Assembly: GCA_900547565.1 (NCBI GenBank)
Contig: URHI01000001.1
Location: 3,533 to 67,532, forward strand
Source: an uncultured Eubacteriales bacterium
GTDB lineage: Bacteria; Bacillota; Clostridia; Oscillospirales; CAG-272
DNA length: 64,000 nucleotides
Reading direction: 5' to 3'
Under the pieces are notes generated by a model. The model had not been told where the DNA came from and did not search any database. It saw only the letters and a list, made by a program, of their open reading frames with translations. Made by a program: the position numbers and the translations under genes. The number at the start of each line of letters is the position of its first letter. Within the stretch, counting starts at the first letter, position 1. Positions 27,011-35,038 of the stretch are shown here, in pieces.

Positions 27011-27057
27011 GCATACCGGCTTTATTGCACGCTAAACAAAGCCGGCATGCTTTTTTT
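27011..27057 (+). terminator. Rho-independent terminator after the sigma-fusion gene
   Basis: 13-bp stem gcataccggcttt / aaagccggcatgc (1 mismatch) followed by TTTTTTT. Confidence 0.75.
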
Positions 27058-27087
27058 GGCAAATATGCTGAATATACTGCATCATTC

Positions 27088-27116
27088 TTGACATTTTACA
27101 TGTATTTTGATATAAT
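27088..27116 (+). promoter_or_regulatory. Consensus sigma-A promoter with an extended -10
   Basis: TTGACA (27088-27093), 17-nt spacer, TGaTATAAT (27108-27116). Confidence 0.65.
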
Positions 27117-27153
27117 TACCGTAAACAATTAAATAGGAGGCATTCGATATTAT

Positions 27154-28086
27154 ATGAAAATCAAGTCTTTAATTGCACTGGCGCTGATATTTGTAATGAT
27201 GTTTGTAATGGTCGCCTGCAATAACGGTGACCAAAATCCTGCAGACACAACAACAGCTCCCAAGGCTGACACAACTCCGACACCGGTCACAACATCTGCA
27301 AAGCCCGCTGACACCACCACCCCCGCAGATTCCACAACAGCCGCACCTTCCGACACCACAACAGCCACACCTTCCGACACCACAACAGCTTCGTCCGGCG
27401 AATTAACGCCTGTCGATTTTTCCGAGTTGTCCGACGCTGAGAAGGCCGCGCTCAAATCAGTCATGCCCGCCACTCTGCCTAACGACGAGAAATATGACAT
27501 TGCTTGCCGTACCTTCTGCATGGACAGAGCAGATGAGGACTATCTCATAGAAGGCAACTCCAAAGGCAGCGCTTCATTCGTAGGAACTGATGACGGCGCT
27601 ATATACGGTAAAGCAGTAAAGTTTGCAGGAAAATCCGACTCCAAGGACAGCCGCGGTGAAATTCAGCTTACCTGCTACGGAGACGCTCCCATTGCGGGCT
27701 GCAAGGGCATACTGTTCTATGTCGACTTCTCCAACGTCGAAATAAACCCAGAAAAAACCAACGCAATGTGTGGTTCGGTAACTATCAACACCAATGATGT
27801 CCGCTCGCAAGGACCTGAAAACGCAGTCGGCTCAGCAGTCGCCTACTACTATGAAAACAACACTTGGGTTAAAACGACCAATATAACGACCTGCCGCATA
27901 TCCATTCCCGATAACTTCGCAGGCTGGATCTACGTTCCCGCATCTTCATACTATGATAAGAACGCAGGTGCGATCGGCGATACCTTCCCTGATATCTTTA
28001 TCATCAATATGCGTTGCTATACCGACGGCTACACCTACTCGGCCGATTCTTACATTATTTTTGACGAAATAACCTTCGTAAAATAA
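27154..28086 (+). CDS. Lipoprotein with a long Thr/Pro-rich linker and an uncharacterised ~200-aa C-terminal domain
   Basis: The signal peptide ends in MVAC. A ~70-aa TTTAP/ADTTTP linker follows. RBS aggagg. I recognise no family for the globular part. Confidence 0.6.
   Translation: MKIKSLIALALIFVMMFVMVACNNGDQNPADTTTAPKADTTPTPVTTSAKPADTTTPADSTTAAPSDTTTATPSDTTTASSGELTPVDFSELSDAEKAALKSVMPATLPNDEKYDIACRTFCMDRADEDYLIEGNSKGSASFVGTDDGAIYGKAVKFAGKSDSKDSRGEIQLTCYGDAPIAGCKGILFYVDFSNVEINPEKTNAMCGSVTINTNDVRSQGPENAVGSAVAYYYENNTWVKTTNITTCRISIPDNFAGWIYVPASSYYDKNAGAIGDTFPDIFIINMRCYTDGYTYSADSYIIFDEITFVK
27343..27390 (+). repeat. 24-bp tandem repeat (2 copies) inside the Thr-rich linker
   Basis: gcaccttccgacaccacaacagcc / acaccttccgacaccacaacagct, 22 of 24 identical. 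It encodes APSDTTTA and TPSDTTTA. Confidence 0.85.
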
Positions 28087-28151
28087 AAAAATATAAGTTC
28101 ATAAGACTACGCGGCACCGGCTGTGCCGCGTTTGTCATTAAAAGGAGCTAT

Positions 28152-30065
28152 ATGAAAAAAATACTGCTTATATTCGCCGCGGCTCTTGCTGTACTGCTCT
28201 GCTTCACTGCCTGTGACAGAGAAAATCCGCAGGATCTTCCCGACTGCAGCAGTGTGTCTGACAGCACGTCAGACACTACCGGCTCTTTGCCTGAAGCGCT
28301 GAATATTGTCACCGGCGGTGCGACAAAATATAAGGTCATACGCCCGGAAAACTGCTCAAAGCAGGTGACAGATGCCGCAGTTGCACTGCGCCTCGGCATA
28401 ATGAAAAAATATGACCTGTCCGAAATGACAATAACCACCGACTTTGAATCGCGTGATGCCGACCCGGCTGACCGGTATGAGTATGAGATCCTGGTAGGCA
28501 GCACCAACCGTGAACAGAGCATACTTGCACTCGGTTCGATAAAATACAATGATTTCGTAATATGCGTAGACGGTACACGTGTGGTCATCGCCGGCAACAA
28601 CGATGAAAAAACCGCCGAAGCGGTTGATTATTTCCTATCCAATTATTTGGGCGACAATACGCTTTCACTGCCGGCTGACCTGTCATATGTCAGCACTGCC
28701 GAATACCCCGCCGCCGGAGTTACTCTGCTCGGGCAGCCTGTTTCCGCTTATCGCGTAGTCTACAAAAGCTCATATAAATCCATGGCGGAAACGGTCGTGA
28801 GTACACTGGGAGCTTCATGCGGTGACGTCATGTCCATGAACAGCGACGCAGCAAACTCCACCTCCAATGAAATTGTCATCGGTACGACCCGCCGCGGCTC
28901 ATCTGGCAAGACCTTTGGTGCGGATGACTTTGCACTTACGGTAAAGGATGGCAGTATATTCATTGAAGGCGGCTCGGATTACGCCGTCGGCTCCGGCTGC
29001 CGCTACCTTTTGAATTTGGTCTCGTCTTCCTCAGGGGACCTGAGCCAGTCCGCTCTGAGCTACAGCTATACCCTGCCCGACCGTCAGGTATACATTGACG
29101 ACATATCCAAGCTGGCCATGCACTGGGACATTGAATTCGATACCCCCGACTGGATGACCGACTTTGAGGAAAAAGTCGCCTCAATGAACGATCCCGATGG
29201 CCGGCTTATGTCCTGCCTGCACCGCGGAGACATGCTGTACTACCCCGAAAACTCTATCGAAGGCATCATAAGCGCCATTCGCATGGGTGCCGATATGGTG
29301 GAGATCGACGTACGGGCAACCAAAGACGGCATACTGGTCCTCATGCACGACGACTCGCTGTCCCGCATGACAAATGCCGAACAGTTCGCCGGCAAAAACG
29401 GATTTCCGTCATCGCTTCTTATCAGCAACTGGACGTACGATCAACTGTGTCAGCTGTCGCTTAAGGAACGCAACGGCGGCACGTCAGCCGCGCTTACAAG
29501 CTATAAGATCCCGACACTTGATGAGGCAATGAAGGTGTGCGCCGAGCGCGTTTTCGTCCGTCTTGACAAGCTGGATCAGTGGAATTACGCGCAGGATATC
29601 TGGCCGCTGATACAAAAGTATAAGGCATATACCACCGTTATTTTCACTTGGCACAGCGCCTTCACCTCGTCAAATTACGCACTGGTCAAAAACTACAAAA
29701 AGAAAATGGAGACCGCCGCAGGGCGCTCATCGTTCTGCTTTGTGGGTATTAATTCAAGCGGCTCGGCGGCAGCCGCGCTGAACACTATAAATACCAACGA
29801 TCTGGACAGGTGCGTACGTTTGACCGACTGCGATTTTTCCAAATTCACGCTTGACGAATATCTCAGTAAGGTCAGCACGATTTTATCTGGCCTGAGTGGC
29901 CGTGCGAGATGCTACATAGACGCGCACGGCAATAACTCGCGTTACGAAACACCCGAGTGCTATGCTAAACTGTACGACGCAGGCATCAATATACTGCTGG
30001 TCAACAAAGGGCTTTCACTCTGCCAGTACATCGAACAAAATTACTCGGCAGGTACGACTGACTGA
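28152..30065 (+). CDS. Surface lipoprotein: 2 copies of the shared N-module plus a glycerophosphodiester phosphodiesterase (GDPD) domain
   Basis: GDPD signature HRGDMLYYPENSIEGIISAIRMGADMVEIDVRATKDGILVLMHDDSLSRMTN. N-modules are YKVIRPEN...EILVGSTNREQS and YRVVYKSS...EIVIGTTRRGSS. Confidence 0.8.
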   Translation: MKKILLIFAAALAVLLCFTACDRENPQDLPDCSSVSDSTSDTTGSLPEALNIVTGGATKYKVIRPENCSKQVTDAAVALRLGIMKKYDLSEMTITTDFESRDADPADRYEYEILVGSTNREQSILALGSIKYNDFVICVDGTRVVIAGNNDEKTAEAVDYFLSNYLGDNTLSLPADLSYVSTAEYPAAGVTLLGQPVSAYRVVYKSSYKSMAETVVSTLGASCGDVMSMNSDAANSTSNEIVIGTTRRGSSGKTFGADDFALTVKDGSIFIEGGSDYAVGSGCRYLLNLVSSSSGDLSQSALSYSYTLPDRQVYIDDISKLAMHWDIEFDTPDWMTDFEEKVASMNDPDGRLMSCLHRGDMLYYPENSIEGIISAIRMGADMVEIDVRATKDGILVLMHDDSLSRMTNAEQFAGKNGFPSSLLISNWTYDQLCQLSLKERNGGTSAALTSYKIPTLDEAMKVCAERVFVRLDKLDQWNYAQDIWPLIQKYKAYTTVIFTWHSAFTSSNYALVKNYKKKMETAAGRSSFCFVGINSSGSAAAALNTINTNDLDRCVRLTDCDFSKFTLDEYLSKVSTILSGLSGRARCYIDAHGNNSRYETPECYAKLYDAGINILLVNKGLSLCQYIEQNYSAGTTD

Positions 30066-30088
30066 AGCAACAGCTGCTGACCGAAAAG

Positions 30089-30122
30089 AATCCGGAGTCA
30101 TAATGACGCCGGATTTTTTTAT
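30089..30122 (+). terminator. Rho-independent terminator
   Basis: Stem aatccggagtca / tgacgccggatt (1 mismatch) followed by a T8 run. Confidence 0.7.
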
Positions 30123-30131
30123 TCTACCCTC

Positions 30132-30182
30132 TTGACACAGGCTGTATCCGGAGATATAATATAATTGTTCTAATACGATTAG
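30132..30182 (+). promoter_or_regulatory. Consensus promoter plus palindromic candidate GntR operator
   Basis: TTGACA (30132-30137), 17-nt spacer, TATAAT (30155-30160). The palindrome ctaat-acg-attag at 30170-30182 lies just downstream of the -10. Confidence 0.6.
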
Positions 30183-30220
30183 TACAGTTGCCGTATTAAA
30201 TCACAGAAAGGAGTTAGACT

Positions 30221-30598
30221 ATGCTTACGCTGGATAAGCTGTCGAGGACACCAATATATGAGCAAATAATCAATAATGTACGACGTGAAATCAGCGCCGG
30301 GACGATGGCCGAACAGTCACAGTTGCCGTCAGTACGCGAGTTGTCGGCATTTTTGGGTGTAAACCCCAATACTGTTCAACGCGCCTACAACGAGCTGTGC
30401 TTGCGCGGCTATATAGTAACCGTTGCTGCGCGCGGCGCTTTTGTAGCCGAGGGGGCGCGCGAAAAAATTCTGTCCGAGGGGCGCGATAAACTAAAGCAAC
30501 TGTCTGAATTGGCCGCAGAGCTCAGACACGCCGGTGTGACACAGGACGATATTATTGCGGCCGTGACCGAAAATCTTTCAGGAGGTAGCGAACAATGA
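30221..30598 (+). CDS. GntR family (YtrA-subfamily-like, short) transcriptional regulator
   Basis: PIYEQIINNVRREISAGTM...LPSVRELSAFLGVNPNTVQRAYNEL. At 125 aa it has no large effector domain. Confidence 0.88.
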   Translation: MLTLDKLSRTPIYEQIINNVRREISAGTMAEQSQLPSVRELSAFLGVNPNTVQRAYNELCLRGYIVTVAARGAFVAEGAREKILSEGRDKLKQLSELAAELRHAGVTQDDIIAAVTENLSGGSEQ

Positions 30599-31518
30599 TC
30601 AAAACCAACCGTCTCGACATGTATTTCGGTGATTTCTGCGCCATAAAGCAGCTGACGGTAAGCATACCGGAAGGGTGTGTTTACGGGTTGGTCGGAAGCA
30701 ACGGCGCAGGTAAATCAACGCTGTTGCGTATACTGTCCGGTATTTATCGCCAGACAAACGGCGATGTTACTATTGACAACTGCCGGGTATACGAAAATCC
30801 TTTAATCAAAGAGCAACTCGTGTTTGTGCCGGATGAGTTGTTTTTCATGCCGCAGGCAAATCTGAGGGAAATGGGGCGTATGTGGCAGCGGCTTTACCGG
30901 TCGTTTGATATGTCCCGGCTGTGCGTCCTTGCCGAACATTTTGAGCTTGACATGAACGCCAACATAAACACATTTTCCAAAGGTATGAAACGTCAGGCTG
31001 CAATCATTCTGGCGCTGTCAGCCAAACCAAAATACCTGTTTCTTGATGAGACATTTGACGGGCTCGATCCTATAAAACGAAACATGGTGCGCAATCTTAT
31101 TTACGACGACATAATACAGCGCCATGCGACTGCCATTCTGTCATCTCACTCACTGCGCGAGCTTGAGGACACCTGCGATCAGCTGGCTCTGCTGCACCGC
31201 GGAGGGCTGGTGCTTGAGAGCGACATCCAAAATCTCAAGACCTCACTGTTCAAGGTTCAGGTAGGCTACACACAGCCGTTCGGACGTGACATGTTTTACG
31301 GTGTGAATATGACATCATACCGTCAGTCAGGATCAGTGGCAACGCTCATCGTCCGCGGCGACCGAGATGCACTCCGGCATGAACTTATGAATCGCTCACC
31401 TGCCCCGGCTATACTGGATATCCTGCCGCTTAGCCTTGAAGAAGTCTTCATTTACGAACTGGACGCACTGGGATATTCCGACGGGCTGGATGAATTAAAG
31501 GAGGTACGCCATGAATAA
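30595..31518 (+). CDS. ABC transporter ATP-binding protein
   Basis: Walker A is GSNGAGKSTLL, the signature is FSKGMKRQ and Walker B is LFLDETFDGLD. There is an ATGA overlap with the GntR gene. Confidence 0.88.
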   Translation: MIKTNRLDMYFGDFCAIKQLTVSIPEGCVYGLVGSNGAGKSTLLRILSGIYRQTNGDVTIDNCRVYENPLIKEQLVFVPDELFFMPQANLREMGRMWQRLYRSFDMSRLCVLAEHFELDMNANINTFSKGMKRQAAIILALSAKPKYLFLDETFDGLDPIKRNMVRNLIYDDIIQRHATAILSSHSLRELEDTCDQLALLHRGGLVLESDIQNLKTSLFKVQVGYTQPFGRDMFYGVNMTSYRQSGSVATLIVRGDRDALRHELMNRSPAPAILDILPLSLEEVFIYELDALGYSDGLDELKEVRHE

Positions 31519-32932
31519 AGTATTCGACTTCGGACTTTACCGCGTAGGACTTCGCCGAGTCAAGGTGATCGGACTGTTCTCGGCGCTGGTATGCGTTGTC
31601 GGTTCAGCCATACTTCCCGTGGCCGAAATGTTCACAAAAATAAACTCCACTTATACGTACAGGGTCTCGCCGGGCACATATGCCGTAATGCTCTGGGCAC
31701 TGATCGTTCTCGCGCCGCTTATCATGTATCACATGTTTTCATTTCTGACAAACCGACGCGATTCTGACTTTTATCACTCGCTCCCCTACACCCGCACAAC
31801 CATGTATTTCAGCTTTTTTGCCGCCGCTATGACCTGGATATGGGGGATACTGCTGGCAAGCGTCGCGGTCTGCGGTTTGTTGTGGGTCGTACTGCCTTTC
31901 AATACGATAATCAGCATAAAAGTAGTGTATACCGCGCTTATCAACTTTGCAGTGGCAACACTGTGCACAGCCGCCTTTGTACCGGCCGCGCTGTCAGCGA
32001 CCGGAACAGTCACCTCGGCTTTCCTGCTGTACATCAGCGTCATGTTCACTCCGAAATTCACGGTGTGGATGTTCACAGAATGCCTGCTTATTCACACTCC
32101 CATTCTCTACATCCCGGATAAGTGGCTGAATTACCTGCAATTCGGGCTGTTTGAGCCGTATGCCATGATGCGAAACAACAGCGTCTGCGATTGGGCTTCC
32201 ATTATTTACACCACCGTACTGTCGCTGATATTCGTGGCGGCAGGTTGGATAATATTCCGCAAGCGCCGCAGTGAGACCGCAAGCGTCCCTGCTCCGTCCA
32301 AGGGCTTGCAGGTGCTGTACCGTTGCTGTATCACAATTCCGCTGCTTATGTGCATGATGTACTCGGTATTTGCGGACTCTGTAAACACTCTGACCATCGT
32401 CTTAGCAGTCACGTCAGTCCTGGCATACTATCTGTATGAGCTGATTACCACCAAAAAGATCCGCAAAATGCTTGCCGCTACCAAGTTTGTATGGTTGCTG
32501 CCGGTATTCTGCGCGGTATTTGCCGGAGGTGTACTGCTGACATCGTCGCTCATATATGCCGACACTCCCGACGCTGACAAAATCGACCATATCCGTATTG
32601 CGGCATACAACAACAATGACGCAATCTTGTACCACAAGTATGCCGAAACACCGATTGATGACCCGGAAATCATTGCGTCGACCGTGAAGCTACTGAAAGA
32701 CAAAAGCATAAAATCCTGGGGACGGCAAGCAATGGTGGAAATAACCACCACCTCAGGCCGCAAGCTGATGCGCCAGGTACGCTGCCTTGAAGCACTTATC
32801 TACCTCGAAGATTCGGATAAATATACGGACTTTATGAACCGGCTCTACACATATTACAAATCCAAAAATATTGACCACAGCATCTCCAAGGAATATTTCG
32901 ACTTTGAACAAACAAACTTTATTCAGCAGTAA
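31511..32932 (+). CDS. Multi-pass membrane protein (putative ABC-2-type permease partner) with a C-terminal soluble domain
   Basis: It overlaps the ATPase gene by 8 nt. About 9 hydrophobic segments are followed by a ~120-aa hydrophilic tail. Confidence 0.6.
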   Translation: MNKVFDFGLYRVGLRRVKVIGLFSALVCVVGSAILPVAEMFTKINSTYTYRVSPGTYAVMLWALIVLAPLIMYHMFSFLTNRRDSDFYHSLPYTRTTMYFSFFAAAMTWIWGILLASVAVCGLLWVVLPFNTIISIKVVYTALINFAVATLCTAAFVPAALSATGTVTSAFLLYISVMFTPKFTVWMFTECLLIHTPILYIPDKWLNYLQFGLFEPYAMMRNNSVCDWASIIYTTVLSLIFVAAGWIIFRKRRSETASVPAPSKGLQVLYRCCITIPLLMCMMYSVFADSVNTLTIVLAVTSVLAYYLYELITTKKIRKMLAATKFVWLLPVFCAVFAGGVLLTSSLIYADTPDADKIDHIRIAAYNNNDAILYHKYAETPIDDPEIIASTVKLLKDKSIKSWGRQAMVEITTTSGRKLMRQVRCLEALIYLEDSDKYTDFMNRLYTYYKSKNIDHSISKEYFDFEQTNFIQQ

Positions 32933-32944
32933 CACCGCCTTTCG

Positions 32945-33250
32945 ATGAATTATAAAGAATACTCAGAGGAACTGAAGCCGCTCATGGATTCACTGCTTGA
33001 AACCTATATCAACGAGTTCAACTCACTGACCGAAGACGAGCGGTCGTTGTTGATGGGATACTTTGAAATTGGCAGTGATGTCGATTATATTTACACCTGT
33101 TTTAGCTTTCCTGCCGATTGGCCATATTATCAATACAACGACAATACGACGTTTTACGTTATAAAGAAGTATACTCCCGAAAGCTATGAGCTGCTTCAGG
33201 AGCTATTTAAGCACTATAAACATTCTGAATATATAAAAAGCCATTCCTGA
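32945..33250 (+). CDS. Hypothetical small protein
   Basis: 101-aa ORF 12 nt after the permease stop, followed by a terminator. I recognise no family. Confidence 0.45.
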   Translation: MNYKEYSEELKPLMDSLLETYINEFNSLTEDERSLLMGYFEIGSDVDYIYTCFSFPADWPYYQYNDNTTFYVIKKYTPESYELLQELFKHYKHSEYIKSHS

Positions 33251-33261
33251 AGAATAAAAGC

Positions 33262-33298
33262 TTCCCCCTGTGTAACAAATCACACAGGGGGAAATTTT
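33262..33298 (+). terminator. Rho-independent terminator
   Basis: Perfect 12-bp stem ttccccctgtgt / acacagggggaa followed by ATTTT. Confidence 0.75.
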
Positions 33299-33304
33299 CC
33301 AGTA

Positions 33305-33345
33305 TACAAAACATAACCTCCGGCAGAAAATTTGCCGGAGGTTAT
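33305..33345 (-). terminator. Rho-independent terminator of the opp operon
   Basis: Perfect 13-bp stem ataacctccggca / tgccggaggttat. On the minus strand it is followed by GTTTTGT. Confidence 0.75.
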
Positions 33346-33347
33346 AT

Positions 33348-33767
33348 TCAATATAAGTTGTAAAATCTGATTATAAAAAACACAGCCACTGCCATGTAAG
33401 CCAATCCAGTGAAGAAAATAAAACCGTAGCCCTTCACTCCGCCCGTGCTGCGTTTGCGCTGTACATAATCAGCATAGGTTTCGTGCTTTTCAAGTGTACT
33501 GCCCAGTGGGATAAATGCCCGTGCCGCGCGCGACACCACATAAGACAGTCCGTAGAACATGCCTTCGTTTGAGATCCACACCAATGCCGCACACAAAATG
33601 AGCACTACTCCGGGAATGGTGAAAGCATCCGCAAGTATACGGCAACGCTCCAGCTCGGTCGCGGCCTCGGCGTAGCCGTGAAGGGCAATGACTGCAAAGG
33701 CCATAAGTCCCCCCACGGCAATGGTTACACCGTATTTTATCAGAGTCTTGGTTATTTTTTGCTTCAC
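33348..33767 (-). CDS. Small membrane protein (DUF3899-like), translationally coupled to oppF
   Basis: ATGA overlap with oppF. It has 4 hydrophobic helices. The family assignment is from memory only. Confidence 0.55.
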   Translation of the reverse strand: MKQKITKTLIKYGVTIAVGGLMAFAVIALHGYAEAATELERCRILADAFTIPGVVLILCAALVWISNEGMFYGLSYVVSRAARAFIPLGSTLEKHETYADYVQRKRSTGGVKGYGFIFFTGLAYMAVAVFFIIRFYNLY

Positions 33768-35038
33768 AGCCCCAGCTCCTTGCGGTAGCGCGCCTCCTCC
33801 TGGTCATTGCACCGGACAAAGTGACCGGGAGTGATCTCACGCATTGAAGGCTTATCAACGCTGTAGTCATGCTCGGCTATTGCGTTGTATATTATACGGG
33901 TGCGCTTTTTTTCGGCACGCGGGTCCGGCAGAGGTATGGCCGACAGTAGCGAACGCGTATACGGATGCAATGGATGTGCAAAAAGCTCATCAGAGCTTGC
34001 CAGCTCAACCATTTTACCGTAATACATAACACCTATGCGGTCTGAGAAATACTTGACTACCGAAAGGTCATGCGCAATAAACAAAATAGTCAAGTTCAGC
34101 TTGGAACGCAGCTCGTTAAGCAAATTAATAACCTGTGCCTGTATAGACACGTCGAGCGCCGACACCGGCTCGTCTGCAATCAGCATATCCGGATTCATAA
34201 TCACAGAACGCGCGATGCCTACTCTCTGTTTTTGGCCGCCCGAAAACTCGTGCGGATAACGTCCTGCATGCTCACGTACCAAACCGACCAGCTCAAGTAT
34301 CTCATACACCTTTTCGTCGATATACTTCTTATCCTTGATACCGTTTATAACCAGCCCCTCGGAAATTATTTCACTAACCGTCATACGCGGATTAAGCGAC
34401 GCAACAGGATCCTGGAATATCATTTGAATCTGCGTGATGAGTTTAGTCTTTTTGGCTACTCTCAGCTTTTCACGGTACTCCTTCTTCAGTGCGGCCTCCT
34501 CGGGCTTGCTGGCAACCGCGGCCAACTTGGGACGATACTCTTCCTCCAGCTTTTTGACAAGTGTGTCGGAATACTCTCGGTCGGAGTTCTTGTGATCATA
34601 TTTTGCCGAACGTATCTCGGCACGGTCTTTTGCAACAGACTGCTTGAGCGACTTCTGGAGCTCGGCGATCCTGGCATCATTAGCCGCCTTATTACCGGGA
34701 TTCTCAGACGAATCCTTCTGTAACTCACGTATTTGAGCGGCAGTTTGCTTCTTGCTGGCCTTTATGTGGTCATAGTAAGACCGAGTACCGGCACATATAC
34801 GCTGCCCCTTGAAATAAATGCTTCCCGATGTTATATCGTATATTTTGAGTATTGAACGGCCGGTCGTTGTCTTACCACAGCCTGACTCGCCGACAAGTCC
34901 GAACACCTCACCCTTTTTGATATCAAAGCTGACATCGTCAACCGCGCGGGTTTCGTGCCCCTTGACTTTGAAATACTGACAGAGATGCTCTACTCTCAGC
35001 AACACTTCCTGCTGTTCATTGTTGTTATTGCTGTTCAT
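33764..35038 (-). CDS. oppF: Oligopeptide/dipeptide ABC transporter ATP-binding protein (OppF-like) with a ~100-aa insertion
   Basis: [40 protein letters not shown] and [13 protein letters not shown]. The charged insertion lies between Walker A and the Q-loop. Confidence 0.85.
   Translation of the reverse strand: MNSNNNNEQQEVLLRVEHLCQYFKVKGHETRAVDDVSFDIKKGEVFGLVGESGCGKTTTGRSILKIYDITSGSIYFKGQRICAGTRSYYDHIKASKKQTAAQIRELQKDSSENPGNKAANDARIAELQKSLKQSVAKDRAEIRSAKYDHKNSDREYSDTLVKKLEEEYRPKLAAVASKPEEAALKKEYREKLRVAKKTKLITQIQMIFQDPVASLNPRMTVSEIISEGLVINGIKDKKYIDEKVYEILELVGLVREHAGRYPHEFSGGQKQRVGIARSVIMNPDMLIADEPVSALDVSIQAQVINLLNELRSKLNLTILFIAHDLSVVKYFSDRIGVMYYGKMVELASSDELFAHPLHPYTRSLLSAIPLPDPRAEKKRTRIIYNAIAEHDYSVDKPSMREITPGHFVRCNDQEEARYRKELGL

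Noticed and set aside
27215-27425. Repetitive DNA considered as a CRISPR-like or minisatellite array
   Set aside because: It is coding low-complexity Thr/Pro linker sequence inside an intact ORF. The only repeat is a single 24-bp duplication with no spacers.
33490-33870. 126-aa minus-strand ORF overlapping the DUF3899-like gene and oppF
   Set aside because: It is an alternative frame across two better-supported, translationally coupled genes, and its composition is Arg/Cys-rich.
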